DNA of 64,000 bases from Candidatus Atelocyanobacterium thalassae (GTDB lineage Bacteria; Cyanobacteriota; Cyanobacteriia; Cyanobacteriales; Microcystaceae). The position numbers were made by a program, and so were the translations under genes. The notes under the pieces are model-generated. The model made no database searches, was not told where the DNA came from, and was given only the letters and a program-made list of their open reading frames with translations. This document shows positions 58,827-64,000 of this stretch, piece by piece (position 1 is the first letter of the stretch; every line of letters starts with the position of its first letter). Where the stretch lies: contig JBFPLN010000005.1 of assembly GCA_051971635.1 (NCBI GenBank), forward strand, positions 1-64,000, in the 5' to 3' direction.

Positions 58827-58968
58827 TAGATTTTACGTTCTCCATTTCTCTTGAATGATTCTCCCCAGCAGTGAAGAATCAAATAATTTCAGATGATTCA
58901 AAAGTGTTGATAAGATAGGTTATAAATCATAATAACCCCAGAATCTGCATTCTTTGAGCAGAAGTCAA

Positions 58969-59020
58969 TAAAACAACATTTGTGTTTATCAATTATATCT
59001 CATAGTAAACTAATTAGTTG
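58969..59020. promoter_or_regulatory. Two degenerate SufR operator boxes (CAAC-N6-GTTG type) upstream of sufB
   Basis: TAAAACAAC-ATTTGT-GTTT (58969-58987) and AAAC-TAATTA-GTTG (59007-59020), each one mismatch from the core consensus. Confidence 0.6.
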
Positions 59021-59080
59021 ATAAAGTGTTACCTCTCTAAGCTATCTAGTATAGTGCTTCCAAATCTTTGCAATTCATAT

Positions 59081-59290
59081 ACTCAGCAATCATCAGAAAA
59101 ACAATTGTATAGCTTCTTTTGATAAAATAAGTTATTTTGTTATATCTGCTAAAAGAAAATGAAATTACTATTAAAAAACTTGCAAAAGTACTTAGTAGAA
59201 GGCTTAAAACAACTCATAATTGTTTGAAAAATAAAATTGATTAAATATTAATTATTTTAGAAAAATTATAATATGTTTATTTGCCTAATT
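59081..59290 (+). pseudogene. sufR: Decayed sufR (Fe-S responsive repressor), N-terminal HTH remnant
   Basis: Divergent from sufB, the usual sufR position. 59081 reads TQQSSEKQ; a shifted frame at 59131-59244 reads VILLYLLKENEITIKKLAKVLSRRLKTTHNCLKN, resembling the SufR N-terminus. No start codon, frameshift, and stops. Confidence 0.7.
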
Positions 59291-59590
59291 AAGTTGAAAC
59301 ATAGCTATTCTTTAAATTAGAATACTCAAATACTATATAAAAAGGGCTTATTAAATTAATACTTAAATTAGTATCGCCATAGACATTTAATCAAAATTGA
59401 AAATTTTGGATTTAATGTTAAATTTTATTAATCCATAATTTTTCCACATAGACTTAGTTCCTGCGTAGTCAAAAATATAGTTAAAACGATATATCTTTGT
59501 TTCCATAGAGTTTTTTATTTATAAAAGACTAAAGATATGTTATGATACTAGATGCATACGTGTAAGACTTGTATAAAAGTCTACTTTATC

Positions 59591-59663
59591 GCTTCCTTAG
59601 CTCAGTTGGTAGAGCAACTCACTTGTAATGAGTAGGTCGTCGGTTCAAGTCCGACAGGGAGCT
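59591..59663 (+). tRNA. trnT: tRNA-Thr(UGU), CCA not encoded
   Basis: GCTTCCT/AGGGAGC acceptor stem, anticodon arm ACTCA-CTTGTAA-TGAGT, T-arm GTCGG-TTCAAGT-CCGAC. Confidence 0.97.
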
Positions 59664-59672
59664 TCACTAGGT

Positions 59673-59712
59673 AAAGATACTAATTAAAATTATTATTTTA
59701 ATTAGTATCTTT
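59673..59712 (+). terminator. Perfect 18-bp stem hairpin after tRNA-Thr
   Basis: AAAGATACTAATTAAAAT-TATT-ATTTTAATTAGTATCTTT followed by Ts. Confidence 0.8.
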
Positions 59713-59857
59713 TTGTTATGAGCAATAATGTCTCCATATATATACAATAATTTAGTAATCTATTCTATATTCAAATCAATAGTTGAAAATCTATATCTTA
59801 TATTTATAAAGATATGAGACAACAGTCAGGAAGTAACGTTAATTAAAAAAATATCTT

Positions 59858-62656
59858 ATGTTTAAAACTTTATTTGGTGATCCCAATACTAGAAAAATTA
59901 AAAAATTTCAGCCAATTGTAACGGAAATTAATTCGTTGGAAACAGATATCCATAAATTATCTGATCAACAACTTAAATACAAGACAGATGCATTCAGGGA
60001 AGTACTAGATACAGCTAGTAGTGATGAAGAGTTAAGAAATATCTTGGACGAAATTCTTCCAGAAGCTTTTGCTGTTGTAAGAGAAGCAAGTATTCGTGTT
60101 TTGGGGATGCGCCATTTTGATGTACAACTTCTTGGTGGTATGGTTCTTCACAAAGGACAGATCGCAGAAATGAAAACTGGGGAAGGGAAAACTCTTGTCG
60201 CAACATTACCTGCTTATTTAAACGGACTAACTAAAAAAGGCGTTCATATTGTCACTGTTAATGATTATCTGGCTCGTAGAGATGCAGAATGGATGGGACA
60301 AGTTCATCGCTTTCTTGGATTAAGTGTTGGACTTATTCAGTCAGGTATGAATCCTGAAGAACGTAGAAGGAATTACTCTTGTGACATAACCTATACTACA
60401 AATAGTGAGTTAGGATTTGATTACCTACGAGATAATATGGCTACATCTATGGCTGAAGTCGTACAGCGCCCCCCATACTATTGTATTATCGATGAAGTTG
60501 ATTCCATATTGATAGATGAGGCTCGTACTCCACTCATAATATCTGGACAGGTAGAGAGACCAACAGAAAAATATCTTAAAGCTACTGAGATTGCAAAACA
60601 TCTTGAAAAGCAAAATTCTGAAGACGATCCAAAAGAATACGAAGTAGATGAAAAAGCTCGCAATGTTTTAATGACTGATCAAGGCTTTGAAAGGGCTGAG
60701 AAATTATTAGGAGTTCAAGACTTATATGATCAAGAAAATCCTTGGGCTCACTATATTTTTAACGCTATTAAGGCTAAAGAATTATTTATTAAAGATGTCA
60801 ATTACATAGTTAAAAACCAAGAAGTTGTTATTGTTGATGAGTTTACTGGACGTGTTTTGGCTGGTAGACGTTGGAGTGATGGTCTTCACCAAGCGATTGA
60901 AGCTAAAGAAGAAGTTCCTATTCAAAAAGAGACACAAACTTTAGCTACCATTACTTACCAGAACTTTTTTCTATTATATAATCAACTTTCAGGAATGACT
61001 GGGACTGCTAAGACAGAAGAAACAGAATTAGAAAAAGTCTATAATCTTCAAGTTACTATTATTCCTACTAATAGACCTTCTCAACGCTACGATAATCCAG
61101 ATGTAGTATATAAGACGGAAATAGCTAAGTGGAAAGCTGTAGCACAAGAAGTTGAAGAATTTTATAAAGTGGGACGTCCTATTTTAGTTGGCACAACTAG
61201 TGTTGAAAAGTCGGATATAATATCTGCTTTACTTCAGGAAAAAAATATTCCTCATAATATTCTTAACGCTAGACCAGAGAACGTAGAAAGAGAGTCAGAA
61301 ATTGTTGCACAAGCCGGTCGAAAAGGAGCAGTTACGATTGCTACCAATATGGCAGGACGAGGAACAGATATTATCTTAGGCGGAAATTCAGATTATATGG
61401 CACGCCTTAAGATTAGAGAATATTTAATGCCTCAAGTTGTCATACCTGAAGATAGCAAGTTAATAGAATCGATAAAGATTAGTAATTCTCGTTCTCAAGG
61501 TTTTGGACAAGAGCAAAATAAAAAAAGATGGAAACCATCAGCTGATATTTTTCCTACTCAGCTTTCAGAAAAAACACAAGAATTGATTAAAAATGTAGTA
61601 AAGTTTGCTGTTGATAAATATGGATTACAAAGTATTTCAGAATTAGAAGCAGAGGAGAAAATTGCTATTGCTTCTGAAAATGCACCTACTGAAGATGTTG
61701 TTGTTCTTGAGCTAAGAGAAGTTTATAAACTCATACGTCAGGAGTATGATGTATATACGAATGCGGAACATGATGAAGTAGTTGAGCTGGGAGGATTATA
61801 CGTAATGGCTACAGAGCGTCATGAATCTCGTCGAGTTGACAATCAATTAAGAGGAAGATCTGGCAGACAAGGGGATCCTGGAACAACTAAGTTTTTTTTG
61901 AGCCTGGAAGATAACTTATTGAGGATATTTGGTGGAGATCGCGTTGCAGGACTGATGAATGCTTTTCGAGTTGAGGAAGAAATGCCTATTGAATCAAAAA
62001 TGTTGACTCGTTCTTTAGAAGGAGCTCAAAAAAAGGTAGAGACCTTTTATTACGATACTCGAAAACAAGTTTTTGAATATGACGAAGTAATGAATAATCA
62101 GAGACGAGCTATTTATGCTGAACGTCGTCGTGTATTAGAAGGTTTAGATCTAAAGGAACAGGTTTTGCAATATGCAGAAAAAACTATGGATGAGATTGTT
62201 GATGCTTACGTTAATCCAGAACTTCCTCCCGAAGAATGGGATGTAAAGAACTTAGTAAATAAGATCAAAGAGTTTGTCTATTTGTTAAAAGATATTGTTG
62301 CGGAAGATATGGAAGAAATGAATGTTGGAGATATGAAGATTTTCCTTCATGAAGAAGTTCGTAAAGCTTATGACATGAAAGAAGATCAGGTAGATAAAAT
62401 ACGGCCTGGTTTAATGAGAGAAGCAGAAAGATTTTTTATATTACAACAAATCGATACATTATGGCGTGAGCACTTACAGTCTATGGACGCCTTAAGAGAA
62501 TCTATTGGATTAAGAGGCTATGGGCAAAAGGATCCCCTTATTGAATATAAGCAAGAAGGCTATGAAATGTTTCTAGAAATGATGATCGATATTCGAAGAA
62601 ATGTTGTTTATTCTTTATTCCAATTTCAGCCTCAAGAACAACCTTCAACACTATAA
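59858..62656 (+). CDS. secA: Preprotein translocase ATPase SecA
   Basis: [59 protein letters not shown]. Confidence 0.99.
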   Translation: MFKTLFGDPNTRKIKKFQPIVTEINSLETDIHKLSDQQLKYKTDAFREVLDTASSDEELRNILDEILPEAFAVVREASIRVLGMRHFDVQLLGGMVLHKGQIAEMKTGEGKTLVATLPAYLNGLTKKGVHIVTVNDYLARRDAEWMGQVHRFLGLSVGLIQSGMNPEERRRNYSCDITYTTNSELGFDYLRDNMATSMAEVVQRPPYYCIIDEVDSILIDEARTPLIISGQVERPTEKYLKATEIAKHLEKQNSEDDPKEYEVDEKARNVLMTDQGFERAEKLLGVQDLYDQENPWAHYIFNAIKAKELFIKDVNYIVKNQEVVIVDEFTGRVLAGRRWSDGLHQAIEAKEEVPIQKETQTLATITYQNFFLLYNQLSGMTGTAKTEETELEKVYNLQVTIIPTNRPSQRYDNPDVVYKTEIAKWKAVAQEVEEFYKVGRPILVGTTSVEKSDIISALLQEKNIPHNILNARPENVERESEIVAQAGRKGAVTIATNMAGRGTDIILGGNSDYMARLKIREYLMPQVVIPEDSKLIESIKISNSRSQGFGQEQNKKRWKPSADIFPTQLSEKTQELIKNVVKFAVDKYGLQSISELEAEEKIAIASENAPTEDVVVLELREVYKLIRQEYDVYTNAEHDEVVELGGLYVMATERHESRRVDNQLRGRSGRQGDPGTTKFFLSLEDNLLRIFGGDRVAGLMNAFRVEEEMPIESKMLTRSLEGAQKKVETFYYDTRKQVFEYDEVMNNQRRAIYAERRRVLEGLDLKEQVLQYAEKTMDEIVDAYVNPELPPEEWDVKNLVNKIKEFVYLLKDIVAEDMEEMNVGDMKIFLHEEVRKAYDMKEDQVDKIRPGLMREAERFFILQQIDTLWREHLQSMDALRESIGLRGYGQKDPLIEYKQEGYEMFLEMMIDIRRNVVYSLFQFQPQEQPSTL

Positions 62657-62682
62657 TCAAGAGGTTTGGTAGCTACATAAAA

Positions 62683-62767
62683 CGGAGAGGGTGGGATTCG
62701 AACCCACGTTGGCTTTCACCAAACCCGATTTCAAGTCGGGCGCATTCGACCACTCTGCCACCTCTCC
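62683..62767 (-). tRNA. trnS: tRNA-Ser(UGA), long variable arm, CCA not encoded
   Basis: Minus strand: GGAGAGG...CCCGA-CTTGAAA-TCGGG, variable arm, GTGGG-TTCGAAT-CCCAC, CCTCTCC-G. Confidence 0.97.
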
Positions 62768-63318
62768 ATGTTCTCAGGAACAATACACTAACATATAACT
62801 AGCGTAAGCACCTAATATAACATAGCAATTAATCTTTGTAAAAAAAAATATACAAAAACTAGGATTATATTAATATATGGAATCAAAATCAAAAAAATTA
62901 GTTTAAATAGATAAGGAAATATCTGTTTAAGCTAATTAAATAAATTTTACTTTAGATGATTTTGACATATTTCTTGTATGGTCTTCTATTTTACAAATAT
63001 CTCATAATATATGTTTTGTTACGAGGTAACTCACAAAATGATTCCTTATGAAACTAGTTTTTTAGAAAGATTACCTTAGACTAGATTGTTACGTATTATT
63101 TATATCAGAGAATTATTTGCAAAAAATCTTAACATATCGATTTTATTATTAATAAATAATCCTTAAGAATATCTTTCTTGAAAAGAGAAATATAGTTAGG
63201 TTATTAGTTAATAAGTTACACATAGTAATAACCAAAATGTACAAACGCTATCTATACTTGTGAATACTAAATATCAAGACATAAGTATGCCGTTTACCAA
63301 TAAATATGTATTTTATAG

Positions 63319-64000
63319 ATGACCTTAAAAAAAGTAAAACCTAAAAAATTTGTTTTAACTACCCCTTTGTATTACGCTAACGACTTACCACATGTCGGTA
63401 GTGCTTATACAACGATGATAGCCGATGTTATTAGTCGTCATAAAAAACTTAAAGGCCAAGAAGCTCTTCTTATTACGGGAACTGATGAACATGGTCAAAA
63501 GATAGAAAGAAACGCTGAAGCAAATGGTTTACCTGCACAGGAGCATTGTGATCGTATTGTCGATAGTTTTAAAATATTGTGGGACAAATTAGATATACAA
63601 TATGACCGCTTTAGTCGTACAACAGACTATCGGCATCAAAAAATTGTTTATGAATTTTTTCAACGTGTTTGGGATAATGGTGACATTTATCTTTCTAGAA
63701 AACAAGGATGGTATTGTGTCGCTTGTGAAGAGTTTAAGGAAGAAAGAGAATTATCAGAAGATGGCTGTTGCCCTATACATTTTAATAAAAAAGTAGAATG
63801 GTATGATGAAGAGAACTACTTCTTTAGATTGTCTAAATATCAATCACAACTGGAAGAGATATATAAAAGCAATCCTAATTTTATTCAACCAGTAAGTTGT
63901 CGTAATGAAATTTTAAACTTTGTTAGCCAAGGACTTAAAGATTTTTCTATCTCTAGAGTCAATGTAAAATGGGGGTTTGCTATTCCTAATGATCCGAACC
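63319..64000 (+). CDS. metG: Methionine--tRNA ligase (runs off the window end; not in the ORF track)
   Basis: My translation from ATG 63319: MTLKKVKPKKFVLTTPLYYANDLPHVGSAYTT...ITGTDEHGQKI...YDRFSRTT...GWYCVACEEF...CPIH...DFSISR..VKWG. Confidence 0.96.
   Translation, partial: MTLKKVKPKKFVLTTPLYYANDLPHVGSAYTTMIADVISRHKKLKGQEALLITGTDEHGQKIERNAEANGLPAQEHCDRIVDSFKILWDKLDIQYDRFSRTTDYRHQKIVYEFFQRVWDNGDIYLSRKQGWYCVACEEFKEERELSEDGCCPIHFNKKVEWYDEENYFFRLSKYQSQLEEIYKSNPNFIQPVSCRNEILNFVSQGLKDFSISRVNVKWGFAIPNDPN

Noticed and set aside
62870..63300. Possible NYN/LabA-like gene relic upstream of metG (fragments NLNISILL, RLLVNKLHIV, RYLYL)
   Set aside because: The resemblance is faint and the expected gene order is uncertain; a profile search is needed before claiming it.
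6908..63796. Short overlapping ORFs in the track (e.g. 6908-7102, 14572-14919, 23819-24082, 24590-24934, 36617-36901, 58303-58578, 63602-63796)
   Set aside because: They are antisense or off-frame shadows of well-supported genes with no recognisable motifs. 63602-63796 is off-frame within metG.
1..64000. CRISPR arrays, IS elements, prophage or defence systems; the long IRs as MITE ends
   Set aside because: I found no repeat-spacer arrays, transposase, integrase or nuclease ORFs. The IRs are mutually unrelated, enclose no cargo and show no evident target-site duplications.

Overview
This AT-rich window comes from a unicellular (Chroococcales-like) cyanobacterium with signs of genome reduction: long AT-rich spacers, a decayed regulator and a truncated multidomain enzyme. 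It best fits UCYN-A / Ca. Atelocyanobacterium thalassa (the nitroplast lineage), but that is an inference and cannot be proven from the window. The genes are housekeeping: gnd, argC, tkt, ftsH2, ycf37, mnmE, cobW, gloB, a GH38 alpha-mannosidase, ruvA, psaAB, a DHNA-CoA thioesterase, a Cu-ATPase, clpR/clpP3, squalene synthase, rimP-nusA-ylxR-infB, a fused glycosyltransferase, tsaC, a tRNA nucleotidyltransferase, remA-gmk, rlmN, an Slr0320-like radical SAM protein, an LpxB-like/MsbA-like pair, sufBCDS, tRNA-Thr, secA, tRNA-Ser and a partial metG. I saw no mobile elements, CRISPR arrays or defence systems. The most notable signals are: (1) very long perfect inverted repeats just 3' of gnd (74-bp loopless palindrome) and psaB (55-bp arms), plus several perfect 18-bp stems; (2) an unannotated sufR pseudogene with two degenerate SufR operators still present; (3) an A-adding-type tRNA nucleotidyltransferase missing its DHH/CBS half, preceded by a possible psbZ relic; (4) substitutions at normally conserved PSI core residues. 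All family comparisons use consensus sequences recalled from memory, not database searches.
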